Positions 12,613 to 26,600 of a stretch of 64,000 nucleotides of DNA are shown piece by piece; position 1 is the stretch's first letter, and each line of letters opens with the position of its first letter. The stretch is from NCBI GenBank assembly GCA_030704615.1, contig CM060731.1, positions 84,010,001 through 84,074,000 on the forward strand, given 5' to 3'. The position numbers and the translations under genes were made by a program. The notes under the pieces are model-generated. The model saw nothing but the letters and a program-made list of their open reading frames with translations. It ran no database searches and was not told the origin of the DNA. The stretch is from Takakia lepidozioides. Taxonomy: Eukaryota; Plantae; Bryophyta.

Positions 12613-13810
12613 GTGGCAGAGCCAACGGAGAGTTCAGACTCTCCAACACCATTGCAATTGAGTTACATGAGTGAAGAAGAGGAAATCCAAGAGAAGAACT
12701 TGGAAGATGAAAACAGAGAGAAAAATTTGGAAGATGAGGAGTATGAAGAAGTAGACCCAACAGTTGAGGTTGAAACTACAACCAGGACATCCCAACCTGT
12801 TGGACCTGGATCAAGTGGAGCACTTGAATCACAGGCCAACGAAGGTGTCGGCTCAGGGGGATCAGGCGAGAAGCTTGGATCTGGCTCAGGGGGGACAGGG
12901 AGTGTGGGAAGTAGTGCAGTTGGAGCTGGGAATACTGTGAGTATAGAGGGGCCAGTAGCAGGGAGTGCTCAGGGGCCAACAACTGGTGGGAGACCCACCA
13001 CTACAACAACAGGTCCCTAAGGACCAACACCAACAGGAGGACCAGCACCTGTCAGTGGGCAGGGTGTAGGGCCATAGATGGCGGTACCTCCAACATGGGC
13101 AAAACCACCTTTTCTAATATATGCAGGGAAAGGGGATCCTGATGTACACATTAGCCAATTTGAGCACATGTGTATTGTGAACAATGAGAATGGCGATGAT
13201 GCCCAGATGAGACTGTTTCATTGTTCACTTATCAAGAAAGCAAGTGAATGGTATGCAAGATTCCCTGACAATCATTTCCTAACCTGGAATGGCCTTAGTA
13301 CAACATTCCGAAACAGGTTCAGGACAAGCAAAACTGAGGATGAAGTGTATGGAAGTTTACAAACTGTTGAAGAGTACATGGAAAAGATGGAATTGATGAT
13401 GAAAAAGTTGGCTGCTGTGCCAGCACCAGGGTTACAGAAGACCTGGTTTGTGAGTGGATTAAGACCTGAATTACAAAAGAAAGTAGATATGCTACCCCAT
13501 AATACAGTGGAAGAGGCATTTGAAACAGCCAACAAAAACCCAGCCAAGAAGAAACAATGACCAGGACCACTATGGAAGGCCTGGTGGTTATAACAATGGT
13601 ATGGTAGGAAGAGGTAATCCAAGATCAGGGAATTACCAAGGCAACCTCAGAGGCAACTACCAGGGTAACCCAAGAGGGAATTACCAGCCAGGGAATCAGG
13701 ATTATAGAAATGATCCCAGAGCAGACCAAGGGCGAGGACCCAATGGTGAAGAACTGTGTTACTATTGTAATCAGGTGGGACATCGCAAGGCAGCCTGTCC
13801 ATTTTGGATC
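12613..13810 (+). pseudogene. Gypsy gag with CCHC zinc knuckle
   Basis: Gag core (DPDVHISQFE...KASEWY...FVSGLRPELQKKV) and CYYCNQVGHRKAAC at ~13755-13800; internal stops. Confidence 0.9.
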
Positions 13811-13825
13811 AGACACCAGAATCTG

Positions 13826-14311
13826 TGTATTCCTGGCTGGTGGATTGATTGGCCCAACAAAGTCCAATCCCCATTTCTGGAATGGTTCAATAGGCATTGT
13901 AGGATGCAAAGCCATCTTTCCAGATCTTTGCAAAGGTCCTAGCCTCTGGTACTCATCACAGCTCTTGCAATACTTGTGTACATCTTTAAACAAAGTAGGC
14001 CACCAGTAACCTGCAAGTAATATTTTCCTACTGGTAGTCTCTTCTCCAAAATGGCCCCCAGCCACTTCTTTATGAACTTCTTCCAAAACTTTATTAACTT
14101 CATGGTGGTACAAGCATCTTTTTAGAACTCCATCAGATCCTAGCTTATACAATCTTCCTCCTATCATAGTGTATGGTAATGCCTTGATAACTATTCTCTT
14201 CCTCTGCTCCTTTCCATAACTGGGTGGGCACTGTCCATGAGTAAGGTAGTATCTGATTGGCCACTGCCAATCTAACCAATCATCTGCTCCCACTTCCACT
14301 GCAAATAAACT
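13826..14311 (-). pseudogene. Inverted integrase N-terminal fragment inside copy 3
   Basis: Reverse complement of ~5143-5631 (HHCC, WGLDFVGP). Confidence 0.92.
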
Positions 14312-15494
14312 GGCAGAAGAAGGGAAAGATGAAAGCTTCTAAGCTTAAGTCACCATGGAAGAGACCTTATGTCATATAGAAGATGTATGATAACAACACA
14401 GCCATGTTACAAACCATTAATATGGAGATGCTGGGAAGAGTCAATGCCAATAAGTTGAAGGGATACAGTGGTATCTATGACAAACCATTGCAGCATGATT
14501 TGCATATTGAAACACAGAAACAGTCACGGGCTGCACCGGTGATACCAACGGAGCATGAAGCATTTGTCGTAAAGCCGAATGTGTATGGCCTGAGTGAGAA
14601 ACGGTGTTCGCACAGCTATCACAGCCCATCACAGTATCACACAGACTATCACAGTCCATCATAGCATCACACAGCCTATCACAATTTACCACAATTTGAC
14701 ACAGCCTGTCACAGCCCAACACAGCCTATGCGATTTGCACAGTCCATAGAGTCAGTGACAGGTGGACGCGGGTTAACGTCAGAAAAGTGGCCGGCAAGTG
14801 AAAGGACAGCTTGGAAGTCAAACTCGGAGAATGTGCCACGCGGACAGGGTAAGACGGGGGCATGCTTAAAAGCGAACACGTGACCACTAGGGCGAAGCAC
14901 ACCGCGGTGCATATATGTAAAAGTGGGTGTCATCATGCAAGAGGACAAACTGGGCCCGTCAAGTACCTACCCGATACATCAACCAAAACTATTTGTGGGC
15001 CCATTAATGCATTCAGGGCAAAGGTAATGGAACCCTTTACGTGTACAAAAAAGAGGGGCCTTTGCCACATGTGTTGTCCTAGTGGACATTTCAGGTGTGA
15101 ATGTAAGGAGGCAACATCCAATCAAGAGCGAGAGTTCATGCAAGTGGTTCCCTCCAAGAAACAAGAACAAGAAATTAGAAGAGTTATGAGCGGAAGAGTC
15201 GGGGTGGCTCCGAATAACCAGCGTCTCGACGGGAGGGGCAATCAAAGCTATAGCTTTGTAGCTATGGCGGATATTACAGAATATACATTAGCTTTACTTC
15301 TCACGCAGTGGCGCAAGGACGGACTGTTTGAAAGGACATTCTCTCTCACCCACTACCTGCAAGCCCTCAGGCTTACACGCACTTACCCGTTCCTTTCTGT
15401 GCCAACCATACCTTTATGCTCTATGCCCTGCAAGCTTTCCTAGAGCTATTTCAAACAAGGGCTTCTTGTTTGTCTGGGATGAGAGAGTTAGGGG

Positions 15495-18400
15495 AATGGA
15501 GGATATCAGGGTGAAGAGCACCACGATTCTGCAAAAGCAAACAATTGCTACACCACAAGTAGTGCAGCTGCTGAAGGAGCTGCAATTGGAAGGGCTGCTA
15601 CGCAAGGACTGGTCCTTGCATCATCGGAAGTATATGATTCAATTTGTTCAGAATTTTGAGCCTCGGATAGGAGTTGCCCAGGTGAGGGGAGTAGATATAG
15701 AAATTACTCCCCAGTACCTGCAGCAATTGTTCGATTTGACATCGGGTCATGTGGATGTGGATGAGCACAGGGCAAGATTGAAAATAGGCAATTTGTTCCA
15801 AGAAGGGAGTTTCTTTAAGACTCAAGGATACACCTGCACCAAGGCCAAATACCCAGGGCTAAGAGAAGTTGGCCAAATCCTGAACATTCTGTTTGCCATG
15901 AAACAGAACCAACAGAACCAACAGTACTTGAGCAGATCATTCATAGAGGAGATACTGAAAGCTTTGAGGGGAGAGGATGTAGCCTGGGCGGAGTTGATGT
16001 ACAATGGTCTGGTGGAAGAGATGAAGCGGTTACAAGGCACTGTTGCTAAGTCTCCGATCATAGTGTCTGGTCCAATAATTGCGCAAATTATCCTTGATAC
16101 TTGTATACTTGATGCTCGAGAACGTAAGGAGATGGGAGAGTTTGAGACAGCAACCACTGCAATTGAGGAGCAGGGCCTTTCACATAGTGAAGGTGGATTG
16201 GAGGGGCATCACCAGTCCAAGAGGCAGAAGCAGGATATGACTGTGGCAGACCCACTAGCTTCAAGGAAACCACAAGATGACGTTTCTATAGCGCTTGTGT
16301 AGGATGAGGAGCAGCAGCACAGGGGGCTGTTATTACTAGAAGCACGGCCTTTGGAGAGGGATGCTGTTACACCAGAGCCTGTTGCTGTGGAAGGAGAAGG
16401 GTTGGACATTCCCACTATAGAACAGGTAGTGGCAGAAATTGAGAAGGGTGACATTCTCTATGAAAACTCTGGCTTGGTCAGGGAACTAGTGGTACCCAAG
16501 ATGCAGAGTTTGTCCAAGCAAGTCCCTGTTGTGCATGTGATACCCGAACCTGTGGCGGAGGTTCCAGGGGTAGAATGTAAGGGCACTGCAGCACCTGTGG
16601 AGAATGAGGTCGTTCAGGACGAAGATCTTGTGGGAACATGGCCTGAATGGTTGGTGAAACATCACACTATGGAGAATCAGGGGGACCATCAACAAGTTTC
16701 CCATGAAGACCCACAGCAGGCCATGCTTATGAGTTCCATAAGCATGACACTCAATTTGTTCCATCTACACAATTGGCAGCTTTGAGGGAGGAACTCAAGC
16801 AGGAGTTTGAGGCTAGTATTGCCACCGAGTGTGCAAACAAGGTGGATGTGGAGGCCAATCTCAAGTTGCAGAAAGAATTGGAGGACACGAAGACTGCCCT
16901 GCAGCTGGCAAAGGGGAATTTAATTGAAGCGGGTCTGGAGCAGGAAAAATTGCATGAAGCACATAAGCAACAGCTATACCAATTGCAGGTGAAGCATGAG
17001 GGCAAGTTGCAGGAAGTGAACGTGCTACATACAGAGTTGGAGGCAGTTCATCAGAAAATGACCATCCAATGTGCCACAATAACAACTGCTCTGCAGCAAA
17101 CTGCATTAGAAGTTAACAGACAAGCAGAGAGATGTATGATGGTGGAGGCTGAGACAGTAGAGCAAGGGAAACTCATTGCTGATTTGAAGGCTACTATCAG
17201 TCGCAATAAGGATACTTTCCAACAGTACAGTCAGGTTGAGGCTGAGAAGGAAAGGTACATCCTGAAGTTGCAGCAAACGCTCACGGGTCACAAGAATGAA
17301 CTCTCTGTGGCTAACAAGGCTTAGAATGAAGCCAATAATCTGGCTGCTGCCTATGCGGGCCTAGTTGAATCTCATGCAAAGCGCATGGAGGCCTTACAGC
17401 AGCAGTTAGATATGTACAGACTTAAGGAGGAGCATGCTCTCAGGGGTGCTACACAGGACTTGGTGGATAATCATCTTATGCAAGTATGGTTAACACAAGG
17501 GCCGGTGGAAGGGAAGGCACCACGAAAGCTCACTCAGGGGGAGATGAATGATCTCAGGTTGCAGGTGCAGAACATTGCCACAACTACTATAGACAATGTC
17601 TATAGTAGGATAGCAGAGTTACAAGATGATGTGGAAGGGCTCCAGACTCAAGTGGATGACCTGAGTTCCAATATTAACAAAAGAGTCTTTGTTCCTGAGG
17701 AGCAGTTGGTGGCTACTTATTTGCATGCCAGGACTCTGATTTTTCAGTCTTCTTCGCCGGAGGTACATGAGTTGCCAGAAGTAGGAGGGGCAGTGGCGGC
17801 AATATCACAGTCCCCACAGCAAGTGGCTGACCCTGTTGATAACGTGGCAAAGCCACAGTCTGAGGTTTGGGGGATGTTGCTTTTAACCCACCTAGGACTC
17901 CTGCTGAGTACAATCGGGCTATGATTATGCCCTTCAGCCAAATTCCCATTGTGATGGATTTGGCTTGGAAGGAATTTAGTCCTCCACAGTCTTTGGCACA
18001 TTATTACCAGATCATGCGCATTTGGTTGCCAGTGGCAACTTGGACTAAGGTTCTTCCGAACAATCGACCCATTGAGGATCATCATTTTGCAAGGTATTGG
18101 TCTGAGGCAGGCACCATACTGAGAGAATTAATTGCCTTCTAGGTTGTTCATGGGTACATCTATACCAAAACCAAAGAGGTATCTAGTATTGTCATGGGCT
18201 GTGGATTCTACTATGCTGCTTATTTCATTGCACGTTATCACATTGAGCAGCAGAAGATGCAATCACAATTTCTGAGTTATTCCAGTGGGGATCATTGGGT
18301 CTTACCTTCAGTTCCACCTCATATGTATCTGTATGATGCGAAAGTCATGATGCAGAAGGATTCCCAACTTCGTTCATGGTTTAATTTGGCTTGGAACAAC

Positions 18401-18745
18401 TTGGCCAAAGAGAAATTGGGCCCTGATGATATTTTCTATAAGGGACATGAAGCCTGGAAATACTTACACTGTTCCAAAGTCATTGGCACACCTCTTACCT
18501 ATACGGCCAAGGAGTTCAGGGAGTTCACACATTTTACTTGCAAGCGATTAAAGCAAGTGGTACAGTTTAAGCTTCCAGACATGGTGGGCCAACACTGTAT
18601 GCCACGCAGGATTCTTGAGGAGCCACTTAAAGTTCGGCCACTGAAACACCTCAGGGGGGAAGATGATTCTGATACTATTGGTTCTTCAGAGGAACCTTTT
18701 GACATGGCGGAGGACTATACACTTCAGATGGCAGAGAAGAAATGA
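15495..18745 (+). pseudogene. Long post-pol extra ORF (~1,000 codons): Athila-ORF-like N-terminus, coiled coil, unknown C-terminal domain
   Basis: Chained ORFs 15328-16302, 16351-16785, 16773-17324, 17385-17924, 17867-18142, 18194-18745; MIQFVQNF...VRGVDIEITPQYLQQLFDL; E/Q/K/L-rich heptads at ~16770-17700. Confidence 0.7.
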
Positions 18746-18941
18746 CGGGGATCTCCTATGCCTGAGAGGTTACCTCGTTATCAACCACAGGAGGGTCAGA
18801 CATTTCCAATCACCTCCATCAGCCAGTGACAGGGCTTGAGCTTGCACATAGAGCCCTTCAAGAGACTCTCACAGACAAAAGGGTGCTCGCTCACAAAGGT
18901 TTGCTGATTCTAAACAGTAAACCGTGAGGACACGACTTTTT

Positions 18942-18958
18942 GAGAGGGGGAGGGATAA
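18942..18958 (+). promoter_or_regulatory. Polypurine tract
   Basis: GAGAGGGGGAGGGATAA immediately before the TG of the 3' LTR. Confidence 0.85.
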
Positions 18959-19949
18959 TGTTAGAGGGCTGTCTGGGACTTAGATGGTAGACTTAGACCA
19001 ACAGAGGTCTTAGGGGTGACAGGCACAAGCTTTAGGGGTGGTAGACAGGTTTACACACTTAGTCACAGTCTTACACAATCGTACACAGCCTATCATTGTC
19101 TATCACAGCCATACACAGCCTTACACAGCCCGACACAGCCTTACACAGTTTGTCACGGTCAATCACAGCCTATCACAGTTAGTCACAGTCTATCACAGCT
19201 CGGCACAGTTTCGCACAGCTAGTCACAGTCCGACACAGCTTTACACAGCCAGTTGCAGCCGACACAGTCCGACACAGCCAGTCATAGCTCGGCACAGTCA
19301 CAGCCCGACACAACGTACATAGGGAATGGTTATCATTAGCAGGGAACGACATCTGCAGAGGGAACATGTTACTTCAGAGGTGACAGTTAGCTAGTTAGGC
19401 GGTTAGAACAGCTTGCAGGTAGATTAGGCAGAGCAGCAACAGGAAGGGGATCACTTCACGGGGAGCAGTTCTTGGTCATGCATGAGATAGGATCGGGCGG
19501 AGAGCAAGAACGGGAGCAAGGATGGAGAGCACGGTGAAGGAGGAGAGATGATTAGTAGATGTTTGTTACATGCAAAGCTGTAGTGATATTGTAGAGCAGA
19601 TTAGAGACACAATGGCTTCGGCCTGATACCTGATAAATCATAATCTGATACTTATACGATACAATCACACTGTGTAGAGAGACATGAGTGAAGCTGTGGA
19701 ATGAATGGATGAGTGAATGGAACCTGGTAGATACTGAAGCAATCTGATGCTTCAATATACACAGTAAGGTAATATGCTAACATGAAGGCAAGAAGAAATA
19801 CAAATAGTAAGCACAACCATGATTCACTAGTTGTAGGAGGTCATGACTGATGGTTCTGAGCGGGCTGAGTGCTTAAGATATCCCACTCTTCTATCTTGGA
19901 GTTTCCACCTCGGATAGCGAAGGGATGGATGAGTAAAAGCCGCACGACA
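18959..19949 (+). repeat. 3' LTR of family X
   Basis: TGTTAGAGGG...GCACGACA; homologous to 10609-11635 but visibly diverged. Confidence 0.88.
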
Positions 19950-20699
19950 ACTATCACCTACGGGGAGAAGCCACATACCACCACAGTTTCATTGGATGAG
20001 TAAAAGCCGCACGACAACTATCACCTACGGAGAAGCCACATACCACGATAGCTGATAGGGACTGATTGAGTAAAATGCCCACACAACTACACCTACGGTG
20101 AGAAGCAACATACCCACCACAGTTTCATTTTATCATCAGAGCCTCAACCATGGACGATGAGGATGAGTTAGCGCACATTGGTTCAGATAAGTATCACACG
20201 ATCTGCAGCGAAGAGATTTATCAACAGAGGATTAAGCCTTTGTTCCTAAGCAGGTTCTGACTACATCTACGGCACTCAATGCAGCAATCAAGAAGAAGCC
20301 AATACTTTCATAATTCTCTGTCAAGACTCTAGGCCCTGGACTCTACAAATGTGGGTCTGATTCGGATTGCCTAGAATGGTTAGATGGAGGATACTATTTG
20401 AGGGAAGAGACAGTACACATGACCTATTTGGAAGAATCCAGTAACCCTGCATTTGGGAGCATATGTGTCTGAACTTTTCTCCATTTTCCGCCAATCAGAT
20501 TGGTCTGATGACATGAATGGTTGAAGGTCGTCATTCAGTGGAGGTCAACGACCCTATCACATACCTTTGTGGAGGATGACAAGTTGACCCGAGACGTTGT
20601 CCGGCACGTCGCCCCACATACCATACCTGCAACAAACAACCTCAAGAGGCAAGGACAAGACCTCTTATACCTCTGAACCGGAAACTCAGCTGGTGGACA

Positions 20700-23614
20700 T
20701 GTCAGTGGGAGGAGAACCCCCACGAATGGTGAAGGTTTGATCTCAGCTAAGCTCCAAAAAAGTGAGTGAGTACCAAACGTTGTTCATGGAGTTTAGAGAT
20801 GTTTTTTGCATGGTCATACACTGAACTAAGAGGAGTGCCCTCTTACATTGCTATGCACTCGATTCCATTGCTTTCGGATGCCAAACCAAGAAGACAACGA
20901 GAACGAATAGTGAATCCCAACCTTGCTCTGCTGATCAAAGCACAGGTTGAGAAGTTATTAACTGCCGGATTTATCTTTCTCGTCGAGACATCAACATTGG
21001 TATCCCCTATGGTGATTGTTCACAAAAAGACAAGGGGATTACGCGTTTGTGTGGATTTCCGACCATTGAACAAGGTAACACACAAGGACCATTTTCCCTT
21101 GCCTTTATCGACACGCTAGTGGAAGAAGTGGCAGGAAAATAAATCTATTCATTCATGGATGGATTCTCGGGCTACAATCAAGTATTGATAGACCCAAAAG
21201 ATGTGTTGAAGACCACGTTCACGTCACCTTGGGGTACTTTTGCTTACACAAGGATGCCATTCAGTCTTTGCAATGCTCCTTTAACCTTCCAACGTGTCAT
21301 GACGTATGCCTTCTCTGACATTGTGAGGAAAATTTGGTTATACTTTTTGGATGATTTTTGCTGCAATGGTGACGAAGAAGATCATGTGGACTCCTTGCGG
21401 GAATGTTTCATCCGTTGTCGGGAGAATGGCATCTCTCTCAATCCTATGACGTGTGTATTTGCAGTCACCTCATGGACTGTTATTGGGGCACATTGTGTCC
21501 AAAGATGGAGTGGCGACGGACCCTTCAAAGGTGGCCGTAATCGTCAAGTTACCACCTCCAGAGATGCTCTCGAAGGTGAAAGGATTCCTTGGCCACACAG
21601 GGTGGTATAGGAAATTTGTAGACCAGTATGCAGAAGAGTCATTACCAATGACGCGCTTGTTGAAGAAGAACCAAGTGGTTTCATGGGATGCATTTGTCAG
21701 AGTCTTTTGAGATCTTGAAACAAGACTAATCTCACACCCCAATTCTGGCGCAGCACCGGATTGGAACAAACCTTTTCATGTTCATGTTGATGCATCGGCA
21801 GTGGCCATAGGATGTGCCCTATGCCAGCTGGACGCAGAGGGTCATGATCATCCCATAGCATTTGCTAGTCGTCAGCTCAACTTTGCAGAGACAAGGTATA
21901 GCACCACAGAGAGGGAGGCGCTGAGCATGATATTTGCGGTTAAGAATATAGGCATTATTCTGCTTGAGACCCCTTTCCACATTTTTGTTGATCACATGGC
22001 TTTGCGTTACCTCATTAACAAGCCAGACTTGTCAGGACGCATAGCCAGGTGGATCATTTTGCTATAGGAGTTTGATTACAAGGTCGTTTACAAGCCGGGA
22101 ATGTATCGCAGGGGAATGTATCGCAGGGGAATAGATGGTCTGTTGCGGCGCTGCATCGCCCAAGAGGAGGTCATTGATGTTTTGGAGGCTTCACATGCAA
22201 GTCTTTGCGGCGAACATTTCGCGGGACGGTTGACAGTGCAGAATGCACTAAGGATGGGCTATTATTGGCCAAACCCATGTTTTTCAAGGATGCACACCAG
22301 TGGGTGCGACATGTGATGCATGCCAAAGATCGCCAAGAAGGACACAGGCTTGGATTCTGTTGGTTCCGACAACTCCCACTTAACCTCCGTTTGCGAAGTG
22401 GGGAATTGACTTACGTTGGGGAGATTCCCCCCGCATCTAGCAAGGTAGACACAAATACATTGCTGATAGCTACTGAGTTGTATCGCAGGGGTGTATCGCA
22501 GGGGAATAGCTGGTTGTTTGCGGCGCTGCAGCGCCCAAGAGGAGTCATGATGTTTGAGAGGCTCACAGGACAGTTTGCGGCGAACATTCGCGAGGAGGTT
22601 GACAGTTGCCGAAGGGGCACTACGGATGGGTATTATTGGCCAACCATGTTCAAGGATGCACACACGTGGGTGCGGCCATGTGATGAATGCCAAAGATACG
22701 CCAAGAAGGACAACAGGCTTGGAATGCTGTTGGTTCCGACACACCACTTACTCCGTTTGAGAAGTGGGGAATTGACTACGTTGGGGAGATTCACCCCGCA
22801 TCTAGCAAGTAGAACAAATACATTGTGATAGCTACTGAGTACCTGACCAAATGGGCGGAAGCCAAGGCGGTGAAAAGGGCTAATGCACCAGCCACAACGG
22901 TTTTTCTGTACGAGAACGTCATATCACGCTTTGGATGTCCGAAGGAATTGGTGAGTGATCGAGGGTCACACTTCATCCATGAGGTGATTGAGGAGATGAT
23001 GGATGTCTTCTCTATCAAACACATGAAAGCGACTCCCTACCATCCTCAGACGAGTGGACAGGGGGAGAGAGCGAATCAAACCTTGTGTAACATATTGGCC
23101 AAGACCATTGCAGATCACAGGATGGACTGGGACACTAAGTTAGTCTCAGCCTTGTGGGCGTTCAGGACAACTCACAATGTGACCACCAAAGCCACCCCCT
23201 TTTCTCTGGTCTATGGAGTGGAGTATATTATGCCCATTGAGACGGAGATCCCCTCGCTGCGATTGGCAATTGCCGAACGACTAACAGAGGAGGAATCGCT
23301 CAAAGAGAGGTTGGAAATGTTGGAAGGATTAGATGAAGCCAGAGTGAGTGCAGGACAACATATGGAGGCGACTCAATATCGCCGGAAGCCCCTCTTTGTT
23401 AAGAAGAGGAAGAAGAGATCCTTCAAGGTGGAGAACCGGTCCTGCTATTTGACAGCCGCCATGAGGACTTCAAGGCCAAGTTCGACTCACTTTGGATGGG
23501 TCCATTTGTTGTGAAGGAGGTTTTCGACAACGGATCACTCCAGTTGCAGGACTTTGAGAATGGAACTCTTCCCCAATTGAGTTAATGGTATCAGATGCAA
23601 GCATTACCATGTGT
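20700..23614 (+). pseudogene. Decayed Ty3/gypsy pol (RT-RNase H-integrase), family Y
   Basis: LRVCVDFRPLNK, MDGFSGYNQV, RMPFSLCNAP, YFLDDF; RH HVDAS...IAFASRQL...YSTTERE...VDH; INT ATEYLTKWAEA, SDRGSHF, YHPQTSGQGERAN. Confidence 0.93.
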
Positions 23615-26600
23615 GAGGCGCGGCTCATACACTTCTCCAACACCAAATTCACCATGTTTTATCGGAGCTCCGAAGACCAGCTTTGGAGTGCGGGGCAACA
23701 AAGTTGCGGTATCTCAGTGGTATGGTATTACCCCAACATTTTTTTTCGTTGTTTTATTGGAGTTCCAAGGATGAGCTTTGGGATGCAGGGCAAGCAGGTT
23801 GCGATAATTCAACCCCCTTTATTTCTTTTTTCATGTTTTTTTTTGTCACTCCATTTTCTGAATATAGTCTATCAGAGTCCGGAGGTTAAGCCTTGGGCGC
23901 AGGGCAACTGAGTTGCGATAAGTCTGCATTTTTAGTCTTTCAAGGAAGCCATCCCACCAAAAAGGGACGGTGAAGCTCCTATTCAAAAGCATTGAGGTTT
24001 GTTTTGGTTGATTCAGCAACGGTTGAGTCATTCGGGGCCATTTTTCAGGTGTTGGTGCCATTTGGTATATCATCCAACACTGTATTTTGGAGATCTTACC
24101 ACAGTAAGGGAGATTTCTGTCCATCTTATTATCTTTTCTAAAGGCTCATATATATATTAGTTCTTCTTTGAAGATTTTGTCTTTCTTTTGTTTTGTCGGA
24201 CACTTCAAAGGTATATATATATTGTTTGATGCGTCTTTCCTCATTTTCTTTGCCTAGATACTTCAAATGTATTGAATATTTTGGTGCTGATGGAGTTCAT
24301 CAAAGTGGTCGAAGGTTTTGTGCAGTTGGGAAATGAACGGATGAGCAACTACATGCACGCACCCGCCTAATGCACTCTGTCGAAAACACTCACTTGTCTT
24401 GCCATGCACATTCTTTTTGTCCCGTTGGAACTATTAGTCAGTATTCATGCTTGCTGTATCAAGTATCTGCTTCAGAACCGATGCTTTTTGCATAGAGCAT
24501 GGCAATTTCCTGAACGTGGATTTCTAATTTTTTTCCTCAGGCAGCAATCATCATAGTAGTGGTGCGTCTGTCATCATTCTCCACCCCGCTACATGATTTC
24601 ATCTCATAGAAGAGAGAAAAGGTGAAGCACGGTGAGGGTGTAAAATGGGAGCGTGTAGAGCGAGGGTTGTTGCTACCTCTCGCCAGACATTCTCAGGGAG
24701 TTGAAAGCAAAGGCCAGCTCTCTTTATAGCTCTTCCAAGTAGGAAGACAATCGTGCTTTCGTAGAACTTATAAGTAAGTTTTACAATTTTTACCAGTGTT
24801 GCAGTACAAGAAGTACAACGTTTTCACCATGAGAGTCGTTGAGAGAAATTCTCTTCCTCCTTGATCTCCATCTGCTGGATAAGGTGAGCTTTCTATAAAG
24901 AGTATGTTTAATGACCATTTGAGTCATGGTGAAGTACCTATCGTAAGCTTCATCACGAGAATATTATGTTAGCTCCATCTGTGAAGGATCACAGGTGTGA
25001 TTGCTTGTTGTTAAAGCTCGGTTTTGTTGGCGCGGTTGATGTATGAGCCGGTCGACTCGAAGCTTCGCTTCTCTATCTATGTAGTTGGGGAATTCAAAAC
25101 CAGTCGGTTGGGGAGAATGGCGGTTTTGAAAAGTTTTTTATCTGGGACTCGAACTCTCTCCGAAGAGGGAGAGTGGATGGGTTTTTCAAGTTTTTTTATC
25201 TTGTGAGGCGAGGGACATAGTGATTCCTATATGATGCCAAAGTTTTCCATTCTAGCAAGTAGCTAGGACCTTATGTCGTATGATCAGAGTTGTTGGTGTC
25301 AAGGTCAGTGAAGAAGCACATTAGTTCTTGAACAAAGCTCGGTCATAGTTATCATCTTAATGAATGAGAGAGCACAAAAGAAAAGAGTGAATTCGCAGGG
25401 ATCACCAGGATACTGTCATAGTCAGACAACTGCAAGACTAGAGAGAAGAACCCCCCATGAGTGGAGAGTCTGCAGGTCCAGAGTTTTTTTTTTTTTTTTT
25501 TGCTAGCTTCCAGTTTGAGCCAGATAAAAGGTCTAGGTCAATGGTAAAGCCGATCATGTTTTAGTAATGTGTGTACCTATTTAGAGAGTTGTCAAATCAG
25601 CGACTCAGGGTTCTTTCACCCTCGGGACAAATGTTCCACATTAGTCGCCATATATGTAGGTGCACAATTTAACGTGCGGAGTGTTTTTTGAGTGTTTTTG
25701 AGGCAATGAGAGCCGATTTGAACACAGACAACGGCAAAACAGGACCATTTGTATCAGACAGCAAAAACAACACAGCTACTGGTATGGCCCACAAATGGAA
25801 GGGTCTGCGATGTCCATGAAGCCAAAGCTCAGGAGTTTATATGACTAGGGTACCTGCAGGGAGCAGCAGGGCGTGCGATTCCAGTCGACCGTTCGAACAT
25901 CTAGGGGCCGATTAAAACGACTGCAAGCAACGGTCTGCCTGTTCCTCACCTCAACATCCGATGGCTATTCAAGCAGAGGCAAGTTAGGAGATCTTGACCT
26001 CCATGACAAACTGCCCACTGGGTTATTCTTCCAATGACACGATTGACAACAGTCTCACAATTCCAGGTAGAAATTTCCACGTTGCTCCAATGCAATTCAT
26101 GAGGACACTGGAGCTTGGATAAGTCAGTGACAGGGATCAAGCATGGGTTCCCCCTCTCCTACAAAAAATCCTAAAGAAGGTTTTAATCCAGCTGTAGCGC
26201 CGACGGGGATTTTTCTGTGTAAGTACCTTCAGCTAACAGACGAGGCCCTGAATCGAGCGTTGTTGTTTGTGAGGGATTTTATATGTGGTTAAAAGGAAGA
26301 CAAGATGATGTGGAAGGAGTTTCGCCCCTGGCGTTTGATCTGGTCCCAAACCAAAAAATTGCTACGCATTGAACATAGGTTGTCGCACGTACAATTGGCG
26401 TTTGTTTATTTTTGATGGTCGATGGTTGAACCACATGAACTTGAAGATTGGTGGGTGTTTCAAGAATACCACAAGGGAGTTGGTGCCAAGTTTTCAATAA
26501 TTTTTGGAGGAAGTTAGCAACAATTCACTATTTTTGAGTTCTCCTCGGGCGACCGTGGCCAAGAGAAATTCATTTTGATGGGATTTTTGGGTCCACAAGA

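Larger units (their letters stand above)
10609..19949 (+). mobile_element. Ty3/gypsy family X copy 3: LTR-PBS-ORF0-gag-[inverted INT fragment]-extra ORF-PPT-LTR; lacks PR/RT/RH
   Basis: Two homologous TG...CA LTRs, PBS and PPT in the expected places; no matching TSD (cctcc vs actat). Confidence 0.88.

Noticed and set aside
10609-19949. Intact, recent LTR retrotransposon
   Set aside because: No TSD, diverged LTRs, PR/RT/RH missing, integrase inverted and truncated
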